Shown piece by piece: positions 12,075-26,583 of a DNA stretch of 64,000 bases. A model generated the notes under the pieces. It did not search any database, was not told the origin of the DNA, and saw only the letters and a list, made by a program, of their open reading frames with translations. This DNA is from Piromyces finnis finn (taxonomy: Eukaryota; Fungi; Neocallimastigomycota). Where the stretch lies: NCBI GenBank assembly GCA_002104945.1, contig MCFH01000054.1, positions 124,001 through 188,000 of the forward strand, read 5' to 3'. The translations under genes and the position numbers were made by a program. How positions within the stretch are numbered: the stretch's first letter is position 1; every line of letters starts with the position of its first letter.

Positions 12075-15000
12075 TATTCTTGATTTTTTTATTTAAAATT
12101 CTTTTTTAATTTTAATTAAATAGATTAAAAAACTGTAATACTATAATAATAGATGAGGGTTTCAATTAAATGGTTATATTTTTTAATTAAAGGGTTGTAT
12201 TATAAAATTTTTCGATTATATAATTATCAATGTCGTTGTTGTTTTTTTTTAAAAAAAAAAAATTAGGTCAAGTGAAAATAATAAATAGTAAATAATTTGA
12301 TAAAAAGTATATATATAGGTAAAATATATAAAAAATATATATATTAATTAAATTTTCTATTAAATTGGAAATCTTATAATAAATGAAATATTTATATAAA
12401 ACGGGTGTATTTTTATTATTATTATTATCAATATATAGAAATGTATATCGAAAATATTAATTTACAATTAATTCAGCTAATTTTCTTTTTTTTAAAAAAA
12501 AATATTTGCTTCAGTAGGTGTAAATAGTGCTGTAGTTATATACTTTTAAATCTTTTTTTTTTTTTGATTATATTATTATAATAATAATTTTTTTAATTAT
12601 TACTTTTAAATAAAAAAATGGTAAGAAAAATATTTATATTATAAAAAGATTTTTGATAACTATAATAATAAAAAAAAAGGTTGCTTTTTTTTTTTTATTA
12701 TTTAAAAAAATAATAATGATATAAATAAAAATAATAGGTTTATAAATAAGAGTATTCAAATAACAGCTATTATATATTTAAATTAATAAATAAATTTATA
12801 GTTCAATAACTATTCAATATATTAATAACTGTTGTTGTTGTTTATTTATTTGTTTTTTTCAATATATTTATTTTCTTTTGATATATTCAAAAGTAGGTAT
12901 TACCGATGGATTATTTTAGTTTGTTATTAATTAATAAATTATAAATAAATAAAATAATAAAAAAAAAAAAAAAGTGTTTAAATGTTTTTTTTTTCTTCTT
13001 CTTTTTTAATCAGTTTATTGGTATTTTTATACAACAAATTGGTTTTTAAAGTGTAGGAACGTTCTTTTTTTTTTTTTTTTTTTTTTGTTCTAATCTACCC
13101 TTGAATAATAAAAAAGAAAATAAATTTTTTTTCTTTTAGATGTTGTTTGAGAAAAGGAAAGTAAAAAAAAAAAGGAAAGAAAATTTTTTTTTTTTTTTTT
13201 TTACCTACCCTCGATCCTTGTTCTAATTTTAATATATAAAAATTTAATTATGATTTAAATTCAATTGAAATGGCATCATCTTTTTTTTTTTTTTTTTGAA
13301 TGTAGAAACAAATACGTTGATATCAATAAAATGTAGTACAAAAGCAAATAAGAATGTTAATGTAATGTATGACAAGAGAGGAATGTGAAATGTATATGTT
13401 TTGTATACAATAAATGTATTAAAATGTACCACATCAAATGATATATTAAATACTATAAGGTAATTTATTTTATTATATTAGTTAATATATATGCAATAAT
13501 ATTTATATATTAATAACTTTATTTGTAGAACCATGATTAATATATTAAACATGTCAAAGCCTTAAATTAATTATTATAAATTTAATTAATTCATATATTA
13601 TTAATATATTTTAATATATTTAAAATTAATTAAATTTTTAATTGTCATACAAATAAAAAAAAGTAAACTTTTTTGAAAAAGATAAGTAAAAAGGGAAAGG
13701 AAAGAAAGAAAGAAAGAAAGAAAGAAAAGTGGAATAAGGGAAATAGAGAAATGAGAAATAACGAAAAGGGAATCATAAAAGGAAAAACAGGATTTTATTG
13801 GGACTTTACTAATGTTTTATTAGGATTTCATCTTTTTTTTTTATTTAAATATTTTTTTTATCACAAATTAAAGTTTTTTTTTTATTAAAAATTTATTGGT
13901 TGAAATAGAATTGAAAAAAGTGCACTTTTTTTTAAGACAAAAAAAAAAACAGAAAGAATCAGCCAGAGAAAAATAAAACGGGTTAATGATGACTTGTCGT
14001 AAAAAGATGTGATGAATATTCTTATGCTTTTTCATTTTAAAAGAAATTATTTAGTGAATTTATAAATATATATATTACATTTTTTTATAAAAATACTTGT
14101 TACTGTAACACCACCACCAGGTTAAATAATAGTGAATGAAGTTGATCTGGTCTTATTATTGCTTTTTTTTAATTAGATTAATAATCCTTTTATCATTATT
14201 ATTTTTAAAAATATATATATATATTTTAATAATATAAATATTTATCTATAGGACCTACTTTATGAATATTTATAAATTCATTTTAAAATGTGAGGAATCA
14301 TAATAAGTTTTTTTTTTCCATAGTTTGATGGATGATTCATATATTTTATATATAAATCACCCCTTTTACTCTTATTTAAAAAAAAAAACTAGTTTTATAT
14401 AAATTTATATTAGCAAGGGAAAGGTTTTAAAATAATAATTGGCTTAATGTTTTTATACCTATATATAAAAGAAAAACTTATAAAAAAACAAATATAAATA
14501 TATATATATTTATTATTGAACATTATAAATTCGGTATATTGACTTTTCGATCTTAAACACAACAATCAAATCTCTTTTGTTATACTAGGAAATTTTTTTT
14601 TTTTTTGATCCTATACAAATAAAACTCTATTCTTAATATGGATAAATGGATACTATTGAACTAAAAGTTGAAAATTCTACCTTTACCATAAAAGTTAAAG
14701 AATTCAAAATATTAATGTTTGGAATTTGCATAGATATCTATTCGAATTAATGATATTACAATATCTTAATTTAATTATAGATTAGTTTTAAATAGGATTT
14801 TAATGGTAATACCTCTTTATTTATATAAACTATATTTTTCTTTAGCAACTCTATAATTATTAATTTTTTTTTTTTTTAAAAAAAAAAGAAATTTATATTT
14901 TAAATACAAAAAAAGTTTACTCATACAAAATAAAAAAAAAAAAGGAAATGAACTTTTTAAATAAAAAAAACTTTTTTTGAAAAAAATAATAGGATTAAAC

Positions 15001-15186
15001 TATTAATTTTTTTTTTATTTATGAGCTCTATTGATAATATTTAATTTAAAAAGATTGTTAAAAAGTTAACAACCTTTATATATTCAAAAAAAAATATACT
15101 TTTTTTTTTTTTCATTTTAGCCATATATCTCAAAAAATTGAATATATTCATTTTATATTAAAATAGGTATCAAAAAAAAAAGTGAT

Positions 15187-16373
15187 TTAAATGTTGATAG
15201 AATTAACATCTACGTAGGAAGATTGAATTAAACTAATGAAAGATGCTGTAATACCTTCATCCTTATTTTTAATACCATTAATAATGTAATCGTAATTTCC
15301 ATGATAAACTTTTTTGACAAGTTCGACGTCATAAACAACACGTTTTACTTCTTGCATGATTTCATGAGAAGAACCAATAGGATAATTGGTATCATTATCA
15401 CATTCAATAAAAGTAATTTTTTCAGTACCAAGAGATAAAATGGAATCATCCTCTTGTTCCTTTAACATATTTACTTCATCTACATTATTATTACCGAGAA
15501 TGAGTGCTTCTTTTGCTTCAGCATACTTTTCAAGATATTTTAATTCTGGTGAATATTTAGATATGGCTTTCATATTGTTTATTTCAAATGAAAGTCTTTC
15601 ATCCTTTTCAAAACTATATGGACTATTTAATAAAATTAAATTCTTAAATGTAACTGGAATGACTAATTGGGTATCTTTCACTTTCATTTCAAGAGTTTTC
15701 CTCAATAATGTCATGGATGCAAGGTAAGCACCAGCATTAAAACCAACAAGAGTCATAGCTCTTGGATCACCACCATACCTTTCAATATTATTTATTGTCC
15801 ATTGAATCACGAAATAAATATCTAAAATCATATCATCAATAGAATTAACTTTTGGGTAGAGTCTATAGTTTGAAAGGACGGCAACATAACCTTCCTTTTG
15901 AATACGTTCACCAATTGCTTCATCTTCTTTTTTATCTCCTTCACACCAATAACCACCATGAATATAAATAACTACAGGTTTACCTTCAACTAAATCATTT
16001 TTATCATAATAAATATCAAGTTTTTGTTCTTCTTCACCATCATTTTCAACATAAGAAATATTTTTTCTAATTTATTAAGAGGTATATTAATTTTTTTTTA
16101 AAAAAAAAAATTAGAGATAGAGATATAATAGATATATATATTGGAATAAAATAATATTAAATAATTTATTCATTTATTTTTTTTTAAATAATGTTTTTTT
16201 TTTAAATAATGTTTTTTTTTTAAATAATGAAATTAAAAATATATATTTATATAAATATTTTACTCGACAGTATAATCAGGTTTTAATTCTTCAGCTCGTG
16301 TACTAATAACTTTAGTATGAATACTAAAGATGAAGGTCATCAAGAGAATCGTCAAAAATATTAAATGTTTCAT
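15187..16373 (-). CDS. Secreted alpha/beta-hydrolase paralog lacking the catalytic Ser (probable pseudoenzyme), 2 exons
   Basis: Exon 1 (16373-16264; signal peptide MKHLIFLTILLMTFIFS) and exon 2 (16066-15187) are in frame. KPVVIYIHGGYW is retained, but GxSxG reads GFNAG. The phase-2 intron sits at the same position as in the 430-1820 gene. Confidence 0.85.
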
Positions 16374-18175
16374 TTTGATTGCAAAAATCCTTTTTTTTTT
16401 ATTATTTTAAGTGATAATAATGCTATGTCTTTAAAAAAATTTGGGTATATATAAACTTTAAAAAAGATTTAATGGGTATAAAAAGTTTATTATTATATTT
16501 AAGCTTTTATGTGGAAAAGGGTATAGTTTCTTTTTTTTTTTTTATTGTTTTATTAATATGATTTTTTTTAAAAAAAAAAAGAAAAAAGAAAAAAAATTCC
16601 TCTTTTATTATATATATTTTCAGCCAATATCTTATTAAGCAAGTTTTTATTATTTATATCCATCATCATCACCTGCATACCCTTATAAACCATACAAATC
16701 ATTGAAAATTTTAGGTTTTATTACACAAATTTTATTAAAGATAAAAATAAAGATTAATTTTTATTATTACATATATAAATCTATTCATATTTTTATTTTC
16801 ATTTTAATTATTCCTTTTTTTTTTTTTTACTTTAAAGACTATTCATTTTTAAGTTTCTGTTAAAATCCTTTTCATAGGGTCACTTTTATTTTTAGAAACA
16901 TAGAAATTTTATTTGATAATTTTTATTTAATACTATCAAATTATTTTTTTAAATGCATTAAATTTTTTATTAAAAATGGGTTAATTAGAAAATTATTTAA
17001 ATAGGATTATTATTGGTATTAGTAATGGTATTAAGGAATGAAAAAAAGTAATGCTATATATAATGGATATTACTAAATATTGATAAATATTATAAATATT
17101 ATAAATGTTATTATTTTAGTTAAAAAAGTATATATATAGAAATTAACAAATAGTTAAAAGGAAAAAAAAAAGTATATACATATTTACATTTAAATTTTTA
17201 TTAGAAATTATGATACATTAAAGTTGTTGATAACAAGAATACACCAATATATATTATTAAATAACTGTTTTATTTTTTTTATTCCCAATAACACCATATT
17301 CTATATATATATAAAAAATCTTTTTTTAATGTAAATTATAGTAAATCCTCTTTAAAAATCCTCTATAAAATACAAAATACTCTTACTCAATAGAGGCGGC
17401 TGGTAAAAACCAATTAAAATTTATCGACAACTTAACTAATGATAATTCAACTGTTATATTGGTAATAACCTATTATATTGTTGTTTAAATAAACAAGTAC
17501 ATAAATAAATAAATACATAAATAAATAAATAAATAAATAAATAAATACATAAATAATAAATAAATATTGTTTATAAAAGGAAAAAAATAATTGTAAATAA
17601 GAAAGCTGTCCAAATAAAATAAATTAAATTTAATGGTTAAATGAATAACTTTTTTTTTTTTTGTAAAGTGAATATAAATATAATATAAAAATATATTTAA
17701 AAAAAGTCGTCATTATCTTAATAAAAACTTTTTCATGAATTATCTTCATTGTTTTTTTAAAACTATTGTAATTGGTCTTTTCATAATTAAAAAAAAAAGA
17801 CAAGAAATTATTTTGTATTAAAGTTTATTATTTTTTTGGAATCAAGAAAAAAAAAAAAAAAAAAGAATTTAATTAAAATTAACTCATTTTTTTTGTCCAT
17901 TATTTTAAAATAATAAAAATAAAATAAATTCTTTTTTTTTTTTTTTAAAAAAAAAGGGATTATAATCGGAAAAGTTGAAAAAAACTTTCATTTATATTTT
18001 AATATTATATATATATAAAATAATAGATTAATAGACATTTAAAGTAAAAATTAAAATCATTAGAAAAAGAAAATATATATAAATAAAAAAATGTTTAAAT
18101 TTTTTATTTAAATAAATATTTAAAATTATTTATATTAGTACAATAGTTGTTATTAAATAATTAAAATTACTTAGA

Positions 18176-19990
18176 ATGTCAAATGCTGTTGGCATTGATT
18201 TAGGTACTACTTATTCATGTATTGCTGTTTGTAAAAATGGCCATGTAGAAGTTATTGCTAATGATCAAGGCCATCGTACAACACCTTCTTGTATTCTTTT
18301 TCATGAAGATAGAATTTATATAGGAAAAAATGCTGAATATAAATATAAAAAATATTTAGAAAATTACGTTTATGATGTAAAACGATTAATTGGAAGAGAA
18401 TACTCAGATCCAAATGTTCAGTCTGATTTAAAATATTGGCCTTTTAAAGTTATTGAAAGGCATGGAAAGCCTTATATTCAAGTTGAATATGGAGGTGAAA
18501 CTAATGAATTTATTCCAGAACAAATATCTGCCATGATTCTTTCTAAATTAAAAGATAACGCTCAAGATTATTTGGGTGAAGAAATAAAGGATGTTGTAAT
18601 CACCGTTCCTGCTTATTTTAATGATGCTCAACGTCGAGCGACTAGAGATGCCGGTAGAATTGCTGGTTTAAATGTTTTACAAATTATAAATGAACCAACA
18701 GCTGCTGCTCTTGCCTACGGTCTTAATCGAGCAATACGAGCTGAAAAAAATATTTTAATTTTTGACCTTGGAGGAGGTACATTTGATATTTCTATTCTAA
18801 CTATCAAAAATGGTATATTTAAAGTTAAGGCTACTACGGGCGATACACACCTTGGTGGTGAAGATTTCACCAATTGTCTTGTTGATTATTTTGCTGAAGA
18901 ATTTAAAAGAAAATATGACAAAGATCTTTCCACTAATCCAAGATCATTAAATAGATTAAAAGGAGAGTGTGAACATGCTAAATGTATTCTATCATTTTCT
19001 TCCTATGCTCCTATTGAAATAGAAAAATTATATGAAGATATTAATTTCTTTACCAGCATCACTCGTAGTGGTTTTGAAGAACTAATTTCAAAATTTTATG
19101 ATAGAATTATTGAACTAATTGAGAGAGCATTTAATGATACTCATTTAAACAAATCTGATATTAGTGAGATTGTCATGGTAGGCGGATCGACTAGAATACC
19201 AAAAATTCAAGAATTAGTTTCATCCTATTTTGATGGGAAAAAAATAAGAAAAACTATTAATCCAGATGAAGCAGTAGCACAAGGAGCCGCAATTCAAGCA
19301 GCATGTCTATCTGGTGATCAATCAGAATCAATTAGAGATTATGAACTACAAGATGCTATACCATTATCTCTTGGTGTAGAAAGTGAAAAAGGTTTAATGA
19401 GTATTATCATTAAACGTAATTCAACTTTTCCAATAAAGAAAACTGTTACATGTATAACCTGTGAGGATAACCAAAATTCAGTGTTTATCCGTATATTTCA
19501 AGGTGAACGAAGTTTAGTAAAAGATAATATTTTATTAGGTGAATTTATATTAGAAGGAATTACGGAAGCACCGTGTGGAGAAACATTAATAGAATTAACA
19601 ATAGATATTGATAAAAATGGAATTATTAATGTTTCTGCAGTTGAAGTAGGTACTGGTCTTTCTAGAGAGATTACCATCTCAAATAATAAAGATAAATTAT
19701 ATCAAGAAGAAATTGAACGTTTAATTAATGAAGCTGAAATGTATCGAGAAGAGGATTAGAGATCAAGAGAAAGAATTCAGGCTATGATTAATCTTGATGA
19801 ATATGCTCGTCAACTTCGTAAACGCCTCAATAATGAAGGGAATAATCTAAATATGAATGATAAAGAAAGATTGATTAATGAAATTAGTTCTACAATTGAA
19901 TGGATTATTAATCAACGTAATGCAAGTAAAGAAGAATATGATAATAGAAAAAATGAATTACAAAATCTTTTTAATACACTATTTAATTAA
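18176..19990 (+). CDS. HSP70: Atypical Hsp70 (copy A) interrupted by one in-frame TAG at 19757-19759
   Basis: Motifs [42 protein letters not shown] and GGEDF are present. After REED-TAG the same frame continues (RSRERIQAMINLDEYARQ...LFN*) and aligns with the lid of copy C. Confidence 0.92.
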
Positions 19991-20124
19991 TATTTTATAA
20001 TAACATTATCAAAGCTTTTCATGATTTAATTGATCTATTATGTATAATAATATCGAATATTATATTTCTTTATTTTTTTTTTTTACTTTATTTTTTAAAA
20101 AATTGTCGTTTTAATTAATTAATT

Positions 20125-20530
<406 letters not shown>

Positions 20531-22166
20531 TTATTACTATATTAATATTTAATACTTTTTTTTTTTTATATTTCATAATAATCATTTTTATTATTAATGA
20601 ATTAATATAGCTTTTTATGGTATTATTATTAAATCAAAATTGGAAAAAAAAAAAAGAAAAACGTACTTTGATTTTAATTAAATAATATAAAAGTACATTT
20701 TGAAATGGCTTCATTTTTAAATGAATTAAAAAAAAGATGAGAAAAAGGATAGAGTAATAAGGAAAAAAAATACTTATTTTCTATATAAAAATATAGAAAG
20801 ATTATTAAAACTTCATTTTTTTCATCTTTATAAAAAAGATAAAATTGATTTTATTTTTTTTTGTCACGAATTTTTATGGATTTTAAAACATTAATTAAAG
20901 TTAAATTTACGAATGATTTAATTAAAAATAATAATATTTTACTTTTTTATTCATAGAAAAATTACGACAAAATAAATAGTTCTTTTTTTTTTCAAAAAAA
21001 ATGTTATTCATTTTTTACACGATACTTTCTATTACTTTAAATATCCATATTATTAACTTTTTCTTATTTTAATGGTTTTTATTTTTTTCTTTTTTTTACC
21101 TTTCATAGAGTCTTTTTTTTTTTTTGAATAATCTTCTATTGTTTTGAATTTTAGTCATTTTAGGTTACACATATTTATGAAACCTTAAAATGATACAGTT
21201 TATTATTATTTAAAGTTAATATTTTAATTTATATAAATATTAAAAATATCTAATTTTTGTCAACTATCCTAACAATATAATTTATAATTTATTATAATAA
21301 ATAGTATAATATATAAATTAATTATACTTTTTACAATATAAAATTTAATTTAATATAATATTTATATAAAGTTTCAATGAGAGGTTGATTTATTGTTTTA
21401 CAATGTTGCACAAACTTTAATAATAATAAAAAGCTTTTTAAATAAATTAAATTTATTATCCATTTGAAATATCATATATTATTTATTACTTAAACAATAT
21501 ATTAAATAAATGTATAATATAATATTATATATTTGTATATAAATTTAAAGAATAGTAAATTAATCCATTATTTTAAAAATTACCAAAAAATCATTTTTTT
21601 TAATATAAAGATTAAATTTAAATATAAATTAAAGTTTATCCTTCTTTTAATTCAATTACCCAAAATCTAAACCAGAAAAAAAGTAATGTGCTAGTTAAAT
21701 TCTGGTGTAATCATTTAATATTTTTTTTATATAAAAGAATTGAAATTTTCCAAAATTTTATTTTTTTTTTTTTTTTTAAACAAAATTAAAAGTGTAATTT
21801 CCTTCATTATTAATATTGATATTAATAAGAAAGAAGGAATTAACCCATAAAATAAAAAAAAAAAAAAGATAATTAAAGAAATTGGTTATTAAATAACTTT
21901 TAGTTTCATTATTTTTTTTTATGATAAAAGAATAAAAATTTATAAATTCAATTGTTATTTATTAGAATACTTCTTTTATAGTATTTAAAAGAAATTCATA
22001 ATTATCTTTTTTTACTTAATCCAAAATAATTATAGAATTAATTATTTAGTAGTAATTATTTAATAAATTACAAATAAATAAAATTATTTATAAAAAAAAA
22101 TAAAACAAACAATAATACCTACATTATCTAATATATAATATCATAATTAAAAATATAAATATCAAA

Positions 22167-25100
22167 ATGAAAAATCTTGGTTTATTATTTATAACTTGTA
22201 AGTTGAATATAATATTAAAATTTTTAATAATTAAAATTTACAGAAATAAGGATTCCTTTTTGTAATATGTAAAAGAGAAAAGAAGAAAAGTTAGAATTGA
22301 ATATTTATATTCATTATTTGTAAATTTATTTATCTTTATTATTTATTAACATTTATTAATACATTATAAAAGAAAAAAAGAAAAAAAACCTTCATAATGT
22401 CTTAACATCAATAATAACATAGCTTTTCTTTTTTTAATTAATATCAATAATATCATACTATAATAATCTAATTAATTTAATATATATTAAATATTTTATT
22501 AAATTGTTTTTTAAAAAAAATAGTTGTTGGTAGTGCCTATGCTGCCGATAATTATTTTAGTAATTCTACTAGAGCAGCAATTTTCGATAAAACAGATTTA
22601 AAAGTTGCAGATCTTACCATTAATTTAAAGGATGATGATTATAAAAATTATTTCCTTACCTATCAATGTATGTATGATACTAATATAAGATATCGTGTAA
22701 AAAATGAAGAATGTTATTCAGCTCCATGGATTAATCTTGATGCTATTTTGGAGGGTGCTGAGAAAAAATCCCTTATAAAAAAGGAAGATATCACTGATGC
22801 TGAAGATTTAGCTATTTATACCAAAAAAAATATTACTATGACTGAATTTGAACATCTTTTCAGTACTTACACTAATTATACTATGGAAGATATTTTTTCC
22901 TCTTCTAACAACTTATACACCATTCCTTTATTTGAAACTGATAATGCTGGCATGACTTTAAAAATTGATGGGTAAGTAGTCATTATGTAAAACATTAATA
23001 TACAATCTGTATACTCTTTATTTTTATTAAAAAAAAAAAAATTAAATTCAAAGAATATCAAGGTTTATAAATAAAACTTTTATTAATGAATAGATATAAA
23101 GAAGGGAAAAAAAATTTTTTTTAAACTAAAAATAATAGCTAATATTTAAATTTTTTTCTAATTTTATAAAATATTTATAATTAAATAAATATACATGATG
23201 GTATAGTGAAGAAGATGAATCTACAAAAATAAAATTATCTATTGGTGGTAAATATACAAAGATTTTTGAAAAATTGGGTTACAACATTAAAGTTAAAAAG
23301 GGTGAATTTTTAGAGAGAAAACAACTTCGTTTACGTACAGAAGCTGTTGATCCATCTTTCCTTAGAGAAAAATTAGCATATGATATTTGTAATGTTGTTG
23401 GTTTACCATCATTATCCGCAAATTATGTTCGTGTATTCTTTAATGAAAAATATATGGGTTTATATGTTTTAAGAGATGCTTTTAAATCTCAATGGATTGA
23501 ATATACTTTTGGTGAAAAATCCACCAAGCATTTATATACTTGTGATAGAAAATATGGTGATAATTCCTATTTCAATTGTATTAATGATGATGAAACTATC
23601 ACCGAAGATAAGGATTGGGAAAATTTCCTTATTCGTTTAGCAGAAACTAAAACAAGAGAAGAACTTGAAGAATTTTTTGACGTTAAAACTTTTATTAAAT
23701 GGCAAGCCCTTAAATACTTATTCGGTTCCTGGGATCATATTACTAATGCTCATAATCAAGTTTTATATATGTACCATGATACCTCTAATGATAGAGATAT
23801 GTGGATTCCATTACTTTATGATTTTGATAGTGAATTTGGTGCTTACAAAGATATTAAAACTAACAGATCTTTTGATGAAGAAGCCCTTGATTCTCCAAAC
23901 CCACTCTACAAACTTCTTAAATTACACGATGATAATGAAGAACTCCTTTCCTACATTGATGAAATCATGAGAAAAGCTTTCAATCCAGGTAACTTATTTG
24001 CACGTATTGATCAATTAAAGGAATTCCTTTCACCTTACGTTAAAGAGGACCGTACTCCAGGTGAAGATGGTCGTTTACCAGGTAGAGTAAAGAGAATTAA
24101 TGTCAAGGTCGAAGATTACTTTGGTTATGATGATTTCATTGGTAACAGTGAATACACTATGATAAAACTTCATAAATATACTAGTGATGAAATTGTTAAT
24201 ACCGATCGTATTATGGGTTTAAAACAATGGATCATTGAAAGATTCCAATTTGCATGTGAATATTACAAATTTGATTGTAGCTATGCTGAAGAATATTTAC
24301 ATGACTATCCATACGAAACTGACGTCATTGAACATGAAGAAAAGAATGGTGGATGTAAAAATTCAGGTTATCCATGTTGTGTAAAAACTAAAACTCTTGT
24401 TTCCAGTGATGCTGTTGGTGACTGGGGTATTGAAAATAATGACTGGTGTCTCTTTGAAACCCCATTTGATAAGAATAGTGAATGTTGGTCAGAAGTTTTG
24501 GGCTATTCTTGTTGTAAAGATAAGAAAACAAAGGTTTCCTATGTTGATGCATCAGGTGAATGGGGTGCTGAACATGGTCAATGGTGTGGTATTACTGACC
24601 TTCAACGTTGTCCAAGTTTTGGTGAATACAAATGTTGTGAAAAATGTAAAGTAGTTTACAGTGATGGTGAAGATTGGGGTGTTGAACATGGAAATTGGTG
24701 TTCAATTCCATACAGCTGTGCAGCTGAAATTAAAGATCCTACCACCACCACCACCACTACTACTACTACTACCACCAGTAAAGTTGAAACTCCAATAGAA
24801 ACTACAATTGATGAAGAAGAAACCACCGATCTTATAGAACCAACTTCAACTATAACCTTTATCGAATTAACTACAGAAAATGTTGAAACCTCAATGGTTG
24901 AAGAGACTACACCAGTAGTGGATTCAACTGAAACCATCATAACAACTGTATTTATTGAAGAAACTACACCAGTAGTGGATTCAACTGAAACCATCATAAC
25001 AACTGTATTTATTGAAGAAACTTCTACTATTACTATTGATATTGAACCTACCACCACCATTGTTCATGAAGAAAGTACTATTGTTTTCCCAGAACCAACT

Positions 25101-25559
25101 ACCACTGTTGATGAACAAGAAACTGAAGCTACCACTATTGTTTCAATACCAACCACTACAGTTGATGGACAAGAAACTGAAGCTACCACTATTGTTTCAA
25201 TACCAACCACTACAGTTGATGGACAAGAAACTGAAGCTACCGAATCTAGTGATGATGACAGTAGTAGTGATGATGAAGATGAAACCATGGATATTTCTGA
25301 TTTAAGAGAAATTACCGAACATGATTCAGTAGAAGAACCCACTTCTTCAATTGTACCAGAACGTACCAGAACAATTACCATTACATCAACATCTATTCGT
25401 CCAATAATTCTTCCTACAAATATTATTAATCCAATTATTTCCATTATTGATGAAATAGAAATTAGTGATGATGAAGAAGTTACAGTATCAGCAACTGTTG
25501 AAGAAGCCGACAGTGACAGTAGTGACAGTGAAAGTGATGAAGGAGAAGAATTTGTTTAA
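22167..25559 (+). CDS. cotH: CotH-family secreted kinase with 3 fungal dockerins (CBM10/NCDD) and a Thr/Glu/Asp-rich tail, 3 exons
   Basis: Exons 22167-22197, 22524-22971 and 23207-25559 join in frame. CotH motifs: LRLRTEAVDPSFLREKLAYD, GSWDH, IPLLYDFDSEFG. Three Cys/Trp dockerins (GYPCC...WGIENNDWC etc.) precede Thr-rich repeats. Confidence 0.92.
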
Positions 25560-25705
25560 TTTTAACTAAACCAAGTCAACATTAGAAATGTATAAATAAT
25601 TTTACATGCATAAAATAAAAAAAAAAAAAAAAGCATTCTTTTACACCTATATACATTTACGAAAATTAAATAAAATTTTATAAATTAATAAAAAAAATAG
25701 AAATA

Positions 25706-25755
<50 letters not shown>

Positions 25756-26583
25756 GAAATTCCATAGAGAATTTTCTTTTTATCATCATCTTATTTAATA
25801 ATAAGAAAAAAATATATCAATATTAATTACAAAAAAAAAAAAAAAAAACAATAATAATCATTATTATTTTTAATAAACCATTGTTAAATATTCATCATTT
25901 AATTATTCATCAATCTATGTAAATTATATAATAATTTATTATAAAATTAAAAAAATGATAATTAACAATAAAATAAATATTTAAAAAAAATATTTATTTA
26001 TATACATTAATAAAACATTTCATGTTTTATGGTACTATTTTATCTCCCTCTATAATAACATTAAATCATTAAAATTTCTTTTTTTTTTTTTTATTTTTTA
26101 TTTTTTATTTTCATATATATAAAAATTAATTATGAGAAAATATAAAAAATATTTTAAAACTTTTTCAATAAAAAAATTTTAAATGTTGCAAGTGTTATAG
26201 TCAGGTATATAACATAAGAAAAAAAAAAAATATAAAAAAAGAAAGTTAGATTAAATAGATAAAAATTACATTAAAAAAAAAAAAAAAAAAAAAAAAAGAG
26301 AATAATCAATAAAGATAGCATTTTTTTTATAAAAGAAAAAATGGTAATTTTAAAAAATAAGTATATTATGTTTTTTGTTTAATATTTTTTTTTTTACTAT
26401 GGAGTAATAAATATATTAAAAAAATAGACTATTAATATTATCTTCACTAATTTCAATTTAGGTAAGAATGAAATAAATAAGATTAGTAAATTTATTTTCT
26501 TTATTTCTCATATTAATTTCTTTAAAATAGTAATAAAAATTATAGGTATAATCTTCAAAGTTATTTAAAGATATAATTCTTTT

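Noticed and set aside
13244-14770. Short ORFs, a 34-codon frame near 14.65 kb, and box C-like RTGATGA motifs near 13985-14015
   Set aside because: There is no recognisable domain, and no matching box D (CTGA) or terminal stem to support a snoRNA.
17385-17490. GC-richer patch reading IEAAGKNQLKFIDNL upstream of Hsp70-A
   Set aside because: It has no start or splice context and no similarity to neighbouring genes that I could see.
23665-25444. Alternative-frame and antisense ORFs over CotH (also 42058-43265 and those over Hsp70, GST and the esterases)
   Set aside because: They are shadows of real genes caused by Thr-repeat codons and codon bias; identical shadows recur in the duplicated copies.
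26395-26440. TAA at the position of a conserved Trp in the decayed lid of copy B, suggesting RIP-like G-to-A mutation or a non-standard code
   Set aside because: It is a single instance. Arm differences show no consistent CpA bias, and all other genes read normally with the standard code.
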